Shown here: one piece after another, positions 8,766-17,242 of the stretch
Numbering within the stretch: position 1 is the first letter of the stretch
Layout of the letters: every line of letters begins with the position of its first letter
DNA from: an uncultured delta proteobacterium
Lineage (GTDB): Bacteria > Desulfobacterota > Binatia > Binatales > Binataceae
NCBI GenBank assembly: GCA_963771325.1
Contig: CAVYTJ010000009.1
Coordinates: 157,339 to 221,338, forward strand
Reading direction: 5' to 3'
Length of the DNA stretch: 64,000 bases
Notes under the pieces: model-generated
The model's input: only the letters and a program-made list of their open reading frames with translations
What the model was told of the DNA's origin: nothing
Database searches by the model: none
Position numbers and translations under genes: made by a program

Positions 8766-9842
8766 TTGCGCACGACGCGGCGTCCGGTCCTTTCCGTGCC
8801 GAACGGACTCGCGCTCGGTCGCTTGCGGAAAAATTTGAGCTCAGCCGAAAAAATAACCGCGATTCGCGAGCCGGCGACGGCGGCGGACAGATCGCTCGTC
8901 TCGGTCGTGGTCCCGGTTTACAACGAGGCCGCGAATCTCTGTGCGCTGTGGGCCCGGCTGGAGCCGGTGATGCGCGCGTGCGGGCGGCCGTGGGAAGTCC
9001 TGTTCGTCGACGACGGCTCGACCGACCAATCGCTCGACCTTCTGCGCGAGATCGCCACGGGCGCGCACGGCGCGGTGCGCGTGGTCGAACTCGCGCGCAA
9101 CTTCGGCCAGCACTCCGCGATCCTGGCCGGCTTTCGCCAGTGCCGCGGCGAAATCGTGGTCACGCTCGACGCCGACCTGCAGAACCCGCCCGAGGAAATT
9201 CCGCGCCTGCTCGCCGCGATCGATGAAGGCAACGACGTGGTCGGCGGATGGCGCGAGGTGCGCCACGATATCGCCTATCGCCGCTTCGCTTCGAACCTGC
9301 AAAACCGGGTGACCTCGATGATCGTGGGCGTGCCGATGCACGACTATGGATGCATGCTGCGCGCCTACCGCCGCCATATCGTCGACACCGTGGTTGCCTG
9401 CGACGAGAAGGCCGCCTTCGTTCCGGCGCTGGCCAACTCGTTCGCCAAGCGCGTGGCCGAGATCCCGGTCGGTCACGACGAGCGCCAGAGCGGCACTTCC
9501 AGGTACAACCTGTTCCGTCTCGCCCATCTGAGCCTCAACCTCATCACCGGTTTCTCGCTGATGCCGATTCAGGCGGTGAGCGTCGCCGGAATTCTGGTGT
9601 TCGTGCTCGACGCGCTGCTGGTGTTGGTGCTTCTAGCCCATCGAATTCTTTACGGTCCGCAGCAGGAAGGCGCGCTGTGGACATTGTTCGCGCTCAACTT
9701 CCTGGTGCTGGGCTTCGTGCTGCTCGCCGTGGGCCTCATCGGCGAGTACGTCGGGCGCATCTACCTCGAGGTGCGCAAACGCCCGACCTACATCGTGCGC
9801 GCGGTGCATGGCGACGAATCCGCGTCGCCGGATCGCCGCTGA
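8766..9842 (+). CDS. arnC: Undecaprenyl-phosphate 4-deoxy-4-formamido-L-arabinose transferase (ArnC, GT2); true start may be the downstream TTG at 8835
   Basis: VVVPVYNE...LFVDDGS.D.S...ARNFGQHSAILAGF...DADLQNPPEEIPRL...DYGCMLRAYRRHIVD...GEYIGRIY aligns almost motif-for-motif with E. coli ArnC. Two C-terminal TM helices. Confidence 0.9.
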   Translation: MRTTRRPVLSVPNGLALGRLRKNLSSAEKITAIREPATAADRSLVSVVVPVYNEAANLCALWARLEPVMRACGRPWEVLFVDDGSTDQSLDLLREIATGAHGAVRVVELARNFGQHSAILAGFRQCRGEIVVTLDADLQNPPEEIPRLLAAIDEGNDVVGGWREVRHDIAYRRFASNLQNRVTSMIVGVPMHDYGCMLRAYRRHIVDTVVACDEKAAFVPALANSFAKRVAEIPVGHDERQSGTSRYNLFRLAHLSLNLITGFSLMPIQAVSVAGILVFVLDALLVLVLLAHRILYGPQQEGALWTLFALNFLVLGFVLLAVGLIGEYVGRIYLEVRKRPTYIVRAVHGDESASPDRR

Positions 9843-10857
9843 AGAAAACGTGGCCGCCGAAAATCCTCACGCCGTCACTGCGCAGCCGGGCGCCGCGCGA
9901 TGCCTGCTGTTCGCCTACCACGAGATGGGCTACGGATGCATGGAGGCGCTGCTGAAGATGGGCGCGGAGGTCGCCGCCCTGTTCACGCATGAAGATGATC
10001 CGCACGAGGAAATCTGGTGGCGCTCCTGCGCCGATCTCGCACGAAGCCGCGGCGTGCCGGTCCACACGCCCGAGCGCCTCGACCAGCCGTGGATCGAGCG
10101 GATTGCCGCGATGCGCCCGGCGATCATCTATTCGTTTTATTACCGCAATCTGCTGCCCGACGTGATTCTGCGCATGGCGCCGCTCGGCGCGTACAATCTG
10201 CACGGCTCGCTGCTGCCGGCCTATCGCGGCCGCGCGCCGGTCAACTGGATGATGGTCAACGGCGAGCGCGAGGCCGGCGTGACGCTGCATCACATGGTCG
10301 CCCGCGCCGACGCCGGCGATATCGTGGGTCAGCGCTCGCTCGCGATCGACGACAGCGATACGGCGCTGACGCTGTACCGCAAGCTGGTGCCGCTAAGTGT
10401 CGCGCTGCTCACCGAGATGCATCCGCTGATCGTGGCCGGGTGCGCGCCACGCCGCGCGCAGGACGTTTCGCGTGGCAGCTACTTCGGCCGGCGCCGCCCC
10501 GAGGACGGGCGAATCGATTGGCGATGGCCCGCCCGGCGCATCTTCAATCTCGTGCGCGCCGTGACGCATCCTTATCCGGGCGCGTTTTGCTGGCTTAACG
10601 GGCGTCAGCTATTTGTGTGGGAAAGCAGGATCGCCGCCGAGGCGGGACGTCGCGGCGCTCCGGGCGAGATCGTGTCAACCACCGGCGGCGGCGCGGTTGA
10701 GGTCGCGGCGGGCGAGGGCAGCCTGTTGATCACGCGGGCGCAGTTAGACGGCGCGCCGGAAGGCGCCGCGGCTCAAGTCTTATCTGAAATTTTGTCTGAA
10801 ATTTTGTCCGAAGTTTCGCGCGGCACTGGCTCTCGTACCGGCGCGCGACTGGAATAG
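9808..10857 (+). CDS. arnA: ArnA N-terminal-domain homologue: UDP-4-amino-4-deoxy-L-arabinose formyltransferase, as a separate gene; start possibly GTG at 9844
   Basis: LLFAYHEMGYGCMEALL...FSFYYRNLLPDVILRMAPLGAYNLHGSLLPAYRGRAPVNWMMVNGE...GVTLHHMVARADAGDIVGQ matches the ArnA/Fmt formyltransferase core. C-terminus carries an AT-rich 12-bp tandem repeat (SEILSEILSEVS, 10783-10818). Confidence 0.85.
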   Translation: MATNPRRRIAAEENVAAENPHAVTAQPGAARCLLFAYHEMGYGCMEALLKMGAEVAALFTHEDDPHEEIWWRSCADLARSRGVPVHTPERLDQPWIERIAAMRPAIIYSFYYRNLLPDVILRMAPLGAYNLHGSLLPAYRGRAPVNWMMVNGEREAGVTLHHMVARADAGDIVGQRSLAIDDSDTALTLYRKLVPLSVALLTEMHPLIVAGCAPRRAQDVSRGSYFGRRRPEDGRIDWRWPARRIFNLVRAVTHPYPGAFCWLNGRQLFVWESRIAAEAGRRGAPGEIVSTTGGGAVEVAAGEGSLLITRAQLDGAPEGAAAQVLSEILSEILSEVSRGTGSRTGARLE

Positions 10858-10867
10858 CGGAGGCAGC

Positions 10868-11833
10868 ATGCGGGTTTTGATTACGGGCGGCGCGGGCTTT
10901 TTGGGCTCGCATCTGAGCGACGCGTTCATCGCGCGCGGCGACGAGGTTTTCGTGCTCGACACCGGCGCGATCGCCAAGGTGCGCCATCTCCTCGACAATC
11001 CGCGCTTCCACTACGTCCATGACACGGTCTTCAACCTGGAGCTTATCGACAGTCTCGTATCCAAGGCCGACCTCATCTACCATCTCGCCGCGGTCGTGGG
11101 CGTCGAGCACTACGTCGGCGATCCGTACGAGACGCTCAACGTCAACGTCAACGGCACGCAGAACGTGCTGAAGGCGGCCTACAAGCACGGACGGCGCCTG
11201 GTTTTCAGCTCGACCTCCGAGGTCTACGGACGCAATCCCAAGGTGCCGTGGAAAGAGGACGACGACCGCGTGTTGGGCGCGACCACGATCGATCGCTGGT
11301 GCTACTCGACTTCCAAAGCGGTGGGCGAGCATTTCTGTTTCGCCTACCACAAGCTCGGCCTGCCGGTGACGGTGGTGCGCTACTTCAACATCTACGGGCC
11401 GCGGCTGGATCGGGTCGACGTCGGCCGCCTGTTCACGATCTTCATGGGCCAGTTGCTGCGCGGCGCCGACCTCACCGTGATCGGAGACGGCCAGCAGACG
11501 CGATGCTTCACCTACGTCACCGACGCGGTCGCGGCCACGGTCGCGGCCGGGATCAATCCTGCGGCCGACGGCCAGGCGATCAATATCGGCACCGACGTCG
11601 AGACCACGGTGCTGGAGTTTGCCAACCTGATGATCGAGCTTTACGGCGCGAGCAAATCGAAGATCAAATTCGTCAGCCAGGCCGAGGTTTATGGCCAGAG
11701 CTACGAGGACATCCCGCGCCGCGTGCCCGACAACACCAGGATGCGCACGCTGCTCGACGTGACGCCGAAGGTCTCGCTGCGCGAGGGCACGGCGCTCGCG
11801 ATGGACTGGTTCCGCAGCGAACTGGCCGGCTGA
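10868..11833 (+). CDS. arnA: ArnA C-terminal-domain homologue: NAD-dependent UDP-glucuronic acid decarboxylase / oxidase (SDR extended family), as a separate gene
   Basis: MRVLITGGAGFLGSHL... Rossmann GxxGxxG, STSEVYG, YSTSKAVGEH (YxxxK). 10-nt gap after the formyltransferase gene. Confidence 0.85.
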   Translation: MRVLITGGAGFLGSHLSDAFIARGDEVFVLDTGAIAKVRHLLDNPRFHYVHDTVFNLELIDSLVSKADLIYHLAAVVGVEHYVGDPYETLNVNVNGTQNVLKAAYKHGRRLVFSSTSEVYGRNPKVPWKEDDDRVLGATTIDRWCYSTSKAVGEHFCFAYHKLGLPVTVVRYFNIYGPRLDRVDVGRLFTIFMGQLLRGADLTVIGDGQQTRCFTYVTDAVAATVAAGINPAADGQAINIGTDVETTVLEFANLMIELYGASKSKIKFVSQAEVYGQSYEDIPRRVPDNTRMRTLLDVTPKVSLREGTALAMDWFRSELAG

Positions 11834-12049
11834 TCTTTGCCACCCGCGGAGGCGTGCTGACTCCCTTGCAGTCCAGTTGTTCGCTCCACCAGGCTTGAAA
11901 ACTATTGGGTCCGAGGAGAGGTCGCCGCGAGCAGCGCGAGCGGCGGGAGAGGTACTACGAACGCTTGTCCACTTCGCGCGGGGTGCTAAACACCAACTGC
12001 TGAACCTCTCCCTAATCCTCTCCTTGTCCAAAGCGGAGGGTGTGGGGCG

Positions 12050-13318
12050 CTAGTGAAAAAACCGCAGCCAGGCGATATCGATGGCGAGCGTGATGATCGT
12101 CACCGGCACGCCGACCTTGAGATAGTCGACGAAGCGGATCTCGATCCCTTCGCGGCGCGCCTGCTCGACCACGATAAGGTTCGCGAGCGATCCGAGTAGG
12201 GTCAGATTGCCGGCGAAGGTGCTGGCGCTCGCGAGGACCAGGCCGGTGCTCATGCCCTGACTGATCTGCGGATAGATCGGCTTGAACAGCAGCATCGCGG
12301 GAACGTTGCTGACCAGGTTGGAAAGTATCGCGGCGGCCACGGAGAGCACAGCGACGTTCTTCAGTCGCTCGGGTCCCGCCGCCTGCACCAGCTCCTTGAG
12401 CAGACCGGTCGTCTCGGCGCCTCTGACCACGATGAACAGTCCAGCGAACATCACCAACAGCGTCCAGTCGATCTGCTCGTAGATCGACCGTGGCTCCGTG
12501 CGCCGCGTGAACAGCAGCGCGGCGCCGCCGCCCAGCGCCACCAAGTGCGTCGGATAGCCCATCGCGAACAGGACCAGCACTGCCGCCGCTACGATCGATG
12601 ACTTGATGAGATGGTAGCGGTGTTCTGGCAATGGCGCGGGCAAGTCATGATCCTCGCGCGGCCGAACGTGGCTCAGGTGGCCGCGGTAGAGCCATCCGAT
12701 AACGGCGAAGTCGACCAGCAGGCCGGCCAGCGCGACCGGCGCCAGGCGGATCGCGAAGGCCGAATAGCCGATACCGGCAAAGCCGGCGACGATCATGTTT
12801 TGCGGATTGCCGGTGATGGTCGCGACGCTGCCGATGTTGCTGCCGGTGGCAAGCGCGAGCAGCAGCGGCGCGGCGTCGATCTCGAGAATGCGGGCGACCT
12901 CGATGAGCGGTCCCGCCAGCGACAGGCATACCACGTCATTGATGAAAAACGCCGCCAGTACGCCCGAGGCGAGCACCGTCATCGCGAGCAATCCGTAGCC
13001 GGAGTGTGCGCGCTTCAAGAGCCATCGCGCGACCAGCGCAAAGGCGCCCGAGACGCGCAGGTTGGCGACGATGATCATCATCCCGAGCAGCAGCAGGATA
13101 GTGTGAAAGTCGATCGCCGCCAGCGCCTTGGACTCGCTGAGCGACCCCGTCACCACCATCAACAGAGCGCCCGCAAGCGCCGCCCCGGTGCGGTCGAGCT
13201 TGAGTCCGGGAAAATTGCCGACCGCGAACACGAAGTAGGTGAACGCGAAGATCGCGAGCGGCACGGCGAGGCGTAGTTCCACCGCTGGCATCATCGGGCG
13301 GCGTTCGCCGCCGGTCAA
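12050..13318 (-). CDS. ArsB/NhaD-superfamily anion permease (CitMHS / arsenite-efflux-like)
   Basis: 422 aa, about 11 TM helices, duplicated-repeat architecture and motifs typical of the ArsB/NhaD permease family. Confidence 0.75.
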   Translation of the reverse strand: MTGGERRPMMPAVELRLAVPLAIFAFTYFVFAVGNFPGLKLDRTGAALAGALLMVVTGSLSESKALAAIDFHTILLLLGMMIIVANLRVSGAFALVARWLLKRAHSGYGLLAMTVLASGVLAAFFINDVVCLSLAGPLIEVARILEIDAAPLLLALATGSNIGSVATITGNPQNMIVAGFAGIGYSAFAIRLAPVALAGLLVDFAVIGWLYRGHLSHVRPREDHDLPAPLPEHRYHLIKSSIVAAAVLVLFAMGYPTHLVALGGGAALLFTRRTEPRSIYEQIDWTLLVMFAGLFIVVRGAETTGLLKELVQAAGPERLKNVAVLSVAAAILSNLVSNVPAMLLFKPIYPQISQGMSTGLVLASASTFAGNLTLLGSLANLIVVEQARREGIEIRFVDYLKVGVPVTIITLAIDIAWLRFFH

Positions 13319-13442
13319 GCCGCCGTTCGCTCGTTCATCGATGAAAGCCGTTCACACTTGAGCGCGCGCGGCGCTATAGTCTCTGGCGGCCGAAGCCTGC
13401 GAGGCGCGACGGGACGACGATCGGATTGGTCAGGAGGGCGAC

Positions 13443-14483
13443 ATGATCTTTCGCGAATTGAACAACGCCAAGTGCAAGACCTACCTGCTCGCTTCCGAAG
13501 GCATGGAGCGCGCGGTGATAGTCGATCCGGTCAAGGACCGCGTCGAGCGCTATCTCGGCGTGCTGGCGTACCATCGGCTCAAGCTCGATCTCATCGTCGA
13601 CACGCATACTCATGCCGACCATCGCAGCGGCGCGCACGAACTCTCGCAGCTAACCGACACGCCGGTCGCGATGCATCGGCGGGCTCCGGCGCCGCACGTA
13701 ACGATGCATCTGGAGGACGGCCAGCGGCTGATCGTCGGCGACTTCGAGATCAAGGTGCTCTACACGCCCGGCCATACTCCCGACTCGATAAGCCTCTACG
13801 CCGACGACCGCGTCTTCACCGGCGATTGCCTGCTGATTCACGGCACGGGTCGCGCCGATTTTGCCGGCGGCGACGCGGGCGAGCAGTACGACTCGATCAC
13901 GCGCAAGCTGTTCACGCTGTCCGACTCCACCCTGGTCTATCCGGCGCACGACTACCGCGGCCATGTCCATTCCACGATCGGCGAAGAGAAGGGCTCAAAT
14001 CCACGCGTGGCCGGACGCTCGCGCGAGGCCTACGTCGATCTGATGAACAATCTCGGGCTGCCGCTGCCCGAGGGAATCCAGGAGGCGCTGCAGCCCAACC
14101 AGACCGAGATCGAAGCCGCCGCGATCCATTTTCCGACGCTCGCGCAGCTCAACTCGGTGCGTCAGCTTTCGCCGGGCGAGGTCGCCGAGCGCGTCGACAG
14201 TGCGGCCGCGCCATTGCTGCTCGACGTGCGCGAGCGCGAGGAATATGTGGGCGAACTCGGCCATATCGCGGGCGCGCGGCTCATCCCGCTGCGCGAGCTG
14301 CCCGAACGCGCCGAGGCCGAACTCGCATCGTTCAAGGACAAGGACGTCGTGGTGATCTGCCGCGCGGGTGTGCGCAGCGTGACCGCGGCGGCGATCCTGA
14401 CCGGCCTCGGTTTCGAGAACGTCTGCAGCATGAAGGGCGGGATGCTCGATTGGAACGACGCGCGCCTGCCGATCGAGCGCTAG
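13443..14483 (+). CDS. Persulfide dioxygenase (MBL-fold, ETHE1-like) fused to a C-terminal rhodanese domain
   Basis: N-terminal half has HTHADH..H..D metallo-beta-lactamase motifs (IVDTHTHADHRSG, TPGHTPDS, YPAHDY). C-terminal half has a rhodanese fold with catalytic Cys (VVICRAGVRS). Confidence 0.85.
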   Translation: MIFRELNNAKCKTYLLASEGMERAVIVDPVKDRVERYLGVLAYHRLKLDLIVDTHTHADHRSGAHELSQLTDTPVAMHRRAPAPHVTMHLEDGQRLIVGDFEIKVLYTPGHTPDSISLYADDRVFTGDCLLIHGTGRADFAGGDAGEQYDSITRKLFTLSDSTLVYPAHDYRGHVHSTIGEEKGSNPRVAGRSREAYVDLMNNLGLPLPEGIQEALQPNQTEIEAAAIHFPTLAQLNSVRQLSPGEVAERVDSAAAPLLLDVREREEYVGELGHIAGARLIPLRELPERAEAELASFKDKDVVVICRAGVRSVTAAAILTGLGFENVCSMKGGMLDWNDARLPIER

Positions 14484-14525
14484 GCGGAAGCGCGCGAGGC
14501 AGGAACGAGGCATCGTCCAGGCATC

Positions 14526-16661
14526 GTGATGACAGCGAGGAGAGTTTGCGCAAAAAATGGACGCGTCCGGCTGCTTGCGCTGGCCTTGTTCAATGCGGCG
14601 CTCCTGCTTGCCGGATGCGGCCAGTCGCCGCAGAGCCTGGCCACGCGCTATCTCGCCGACCTGCAGGAGTTTAACTACCCGGCCTGCTACGCGACGCTCA
14701 CCGACGAGGATCGCGCGGCGCGCCCGCTCAAACAGTTCATAACCGAGATCCCGCTGGCGCCCGACGTCGATCCGATCTGGTTCCGCGCGATCCTGTTCAG
14801 CACGCGTTACGAAGTCGGCCAGCCGCAGGTCAACGGCGAGCGCGCGGTGGTGCCGGTCAAGGTCACGATGCCCGACCTCACGCTCTGGGAGCGGACGATC
14901 GACGCCAAGGCCGGCCCGCAGGACTCGCTCAACGCCGCCGCCGACAAATCGCTCGAGAGCGACTCCTATCCCAAGCTCAGGTTCGAAGACGCGCTGGTGA
15001 TGGTCAAGCAGCAACATCAATGGCGCGTGGTGGCGGACTTCGCGCGCCGCGACCTGATTCGCGACGGCGATCGCGAGGCCGTCGGCATCTATCATAAACT
15101 GGACTATACGAGAGCGGCGGCGGCCTACCAGGCATTGATCGTTCACCTCGACCAGCAGGAATTCGAATTCAGTGGCAGCCGCGGGCTTAAATTTTTCTTC
15201 AAGCGCAGACTCAAGGCGATCGACGACATCCAGGCCGAGCTCCCGGCGACCCGCGCCTACATCCCCAAACTCGTACTGAGCGACGTTGCGGTGAAAATGT
15301 CGGAGGCGCGCGTGCCCGCGATCTTCGGCCGCATCACCAACGCCGGCGCCCGCGGCATCGACGAGGTGCGGCTGACGGTGACCTACTACGCCGGGCGCGG
15401 CGCCCAGCAAAAGCTCCTCTACCAGGAGAGTCATAGCGTGATCGTGACGCCGATCGAATTCACCGGCTTCATCCGCCCGGTGCTGCCGTTCGTGCCTGGC
15501 GAGAGCCGCGACTTCGGTTTCGAGCTGCTCGCGCCGGCGCAAATCCAGCAGCAGGCCGAGCCAAGCCTGACGGTGGGTTCGATGGTTTTCACGCAATCCA
15601 AGGCGCCGCTGCCAACTCTGGCGATTGAAAACCTCGCTCCGGCGCCGCAAACCTCAGCGGCGCCGTCACCTACACCTCTGCGTGCTTCGCCCTGCGCCGG
15701 CCCCGGCCGCGTGCGACACCGGGTTCGCACTAGGCAATTGGCTATTCGCCTCACGCTCGCGGTTCCTACTCACAATCGCGCGGCCACGCTCGGCGAGACC
15801 CTGGCGAGCCTCGCGGCGCAGCGCCTGCCCGCAGGGATCGAGACGGAATGTATCGTGATCGACAACAACTCGACCGATCGCACTCCCGCGGTGGTCGAGG
15901 AGGTGGCCGCGCGCGCGCCGTTTGCGATGCGCCGCGTGTTCGAAGCGCGTGCGGGGTCGAGCTTTGCGCGCAACCGCGCGGTCGACGAGGCGGCCGGCGA
16001 CCTCATCCTTTTCATCGACGACGACGCGGTGGCCGATTCCAACTGGGCCGCGCTGATGGTCGCCGAGATCGAGCGGCGCGGCCTCGACGCGGCGTGTGGG
16101 ATGGTGCTGCCGCGATGGGAGGTCACGCCGCCGCGATGGCTGGGGCCGTCGTTGTACGTGCGCTTCGCGGTGCACGACCAGCATGCGATCGCGGCCGCGC
16201 CGCTTGAGGATGCGGAAGTCCTGCGCAACTACTTCAGCGCCAACACCGGCTTTCGCTGCGAGTGCTTCACGCGCTTCGGCCGCTTCCGCGAGGACCTGGG
16301 CGTGGTCGGCGGCAATCCGATTTCAGGCGAGGACACCGAGTTGTTCGCGCGAATTATCCAGCGCGGCGGCGCGATGGGCTTCGTTGCCGAGGCGCGGGTT
16401 TTTCACCTGGTGCCGGCCGCGCGAATGAACCGCAAGTACCTGCTGCGCAAGGCCTTCGCCTTTGGCGTCGGCACGGCGCTGGCGGGCGGGCGGAGCCATA
16501 ATCATCTCGACAAGCTCGTGCGCAACGCGCTACGGATGGCGGCGGCGGCGGCGCGCGGCGATCGCGAGCGCGCGCTCTGCCACGAGCTGGAGTGCGCGAA
16601 CTTTTTCGGCTACTGGTGGGGCCGTCGGCCCCGGCGCCTAACGCCGCTCGCAAGCCGTTGA
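14526..16661 (+). CDS. Single 711-aa reading frame: lipoprotein-type N-terminal domain (lipobox LLAGC) joined by a Pro/Ala-rich linker to a GT2 glycosyltransferase domain; may be two genes (GT2 from TTG 15738) if an undetected indel exists
   Basis: N-terminus MMTARRVCAKNGRVRLLALALFNAALLLAGCGQSP is a lipoprotein signal. Residues from about 405 (AIRLTLAVPTHNRAATLGETL...IVIDNNSTDRT...LILFIDDD) are a classic GT2 DxD domain. No in-frame stop separates them. A TAG occurs in another frame at 15731, just before a plausible TTG start at 15738. Confidence 0.55.
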   Translation: MMTARRVCAKNGRVRLLALALFNAALLLAGCGQSPQSLATRYLADLQEFNYPACYATLTDEDRAARPLKQFITEIPLAPDVDPIWFRAILFSTRYEVGQPQVNGERAVVPVKVTMPDLTLWERTIDAKAGPQDSLNAAADKSLESDSYPKLRFEDALVMVKQQHQWRVVADFARRDLIRDGDREAVGIYHKLDYTRAAAAYQALIVHLDQQEFEFSGSRGLKFFFKRRLKAIDDIQAELPATRAYIPKLVLSDVAVKMSEARVPAIFGRITNAGARGIDEVRLTVTYYAGRGAQQKLLYQESHSVIVTPIEFTGFIRPVLPFVPGESRDFGFELLAPAQIQQQAEPSLTVGSMVFTQSKAPLPTLAIENLAPAPQTSAAPSPTPLRASPCAGPGRVRHRVRTRQLAIRLTLAVPTHNRAATLGETLASLAAQRLPAGIETECIVIDNNSTDRTPAVVEEVAARAPFAMRRVFEARAGSSFARNRAVDEAAGDLILFIDDDAVADSNWAALMVAEIERRGLDAACGMVLPRWEVTPPRWLGPSLYVRFAVHDQHAIAAAPLEDAEVLRNYFSANTGFRCECFTRFGRFREDLGVVGGNPISGEDTELFARIIQRGGAMGFVAEARVFHLVPAARMNRKYLLRKAFAFGVGTALAGGRSHNHLDKLVRNALRMAAAAARGDRERALCHELECANFFGYWWGRRPRRLTPLASR

Positions 16662-16736
16662 ACCCTCCGCAGGCGCGTCTTTTCAGCCGCCGAATATGAA
16701 GTCATAATTGTAGCTCGTGGATCGGCGAGGCATTCG

Positions 16737-17222
16737 ATGAGTCTCAGGGACAAACTGCTTAACGAGACGCGTCAGGAGCGCGACGCGCGCGAGCGTCAGG
16801 AAGCCGAGGAGCGCTCGCACAGCGTATTGCACAAGATGGTGGAAGCGATGCGCTCGCTCTGCCATCTGGTCGCCAACGACTTCCTGGGCGAGTACGAAAA
16901 GGAGCGCCTGGCGACGATCCGGCCGCTGACGATGAAGGTGGAAAACCCGGCGTTGAAGGGCGTGTTCTTTCCGTATCTCGCGATCGTCGCGCGCAGCGTC
17001 GAGATTACGCTGAAGCCGGTCGGCCCCGTGTTCGGCATCCCGTTCCGCGCCGACCTCTCCAACGAGTCTTTGGTCTTCGCATTCCTGTGGGACGGCGTGG
17101 GAACCCTGATACATAACTGGAGGATCGCTCCAGTGGCCGACGACGTTCTTCAGCGTGAGCGGGCCCAGACGCTTACGAAGGAGAACTTCGAGGAAGCCTT
17201 CGAGAAACTTCTCGGCTTCTAG
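16737..17222 (+). CDS. Hypothetical protein (161 aa)
   Basis: GC3-rich codon usage on the + frame; the competing 16683..17231(-) ORF is rejected. No recognisable domain. Confidence 0.45.
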   Translation: MSLRDKLLNETRQERDARERQEAEERSHSVLHKMVEAMRSLCHLVANDFLGEYEKERLATIRPLTMKVENPALKGVFFPYLAIVARSVEITLKPVGPVFGIPFRADLSNESLVFAFLWDGVGTLIHNWRIAPVADDVLQRERAQTLTKENFEEAFEKLLGF

Positions 17223-17242
17223 TTTGCCCACTCTCCAATTGG

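Noticed and set aside
11834-12049. GC hairpin (GCCGCGAGCAGCGCGAGCGGCG) flanked by GAGAGG motifs between convergent arnA-decarboxylase and permease genes, as a terminator
   Set aside because: Plausible bidirectional terminator, but no U-tract and a 10-nt loop; insufficient to annotate as a feature.
13995-15650. Long antisense ORFs across the window: 13995..15650(-) 551 aa, 2756..3919(+), 7425..8609(+), 25182..27131(-) 649 aa, 34969..36489(+) 506 aa, 51017..52996(+) 659 aa, 61150..62847(-) 565 aa
   Set aside because: All lie opposite genes with strong homology and are Arg/Ala/Pro-rich with no domain signal. This is the expected stop-codon-poor antisense of 68% GC coding DNA.
16683-17231. Minus-strand 182-aa ORF competing with 16737..17222(+)
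   Set aside because: GC3 and codon periodicity favour the + frame; the minus product is His/Arg-rich nonsense.
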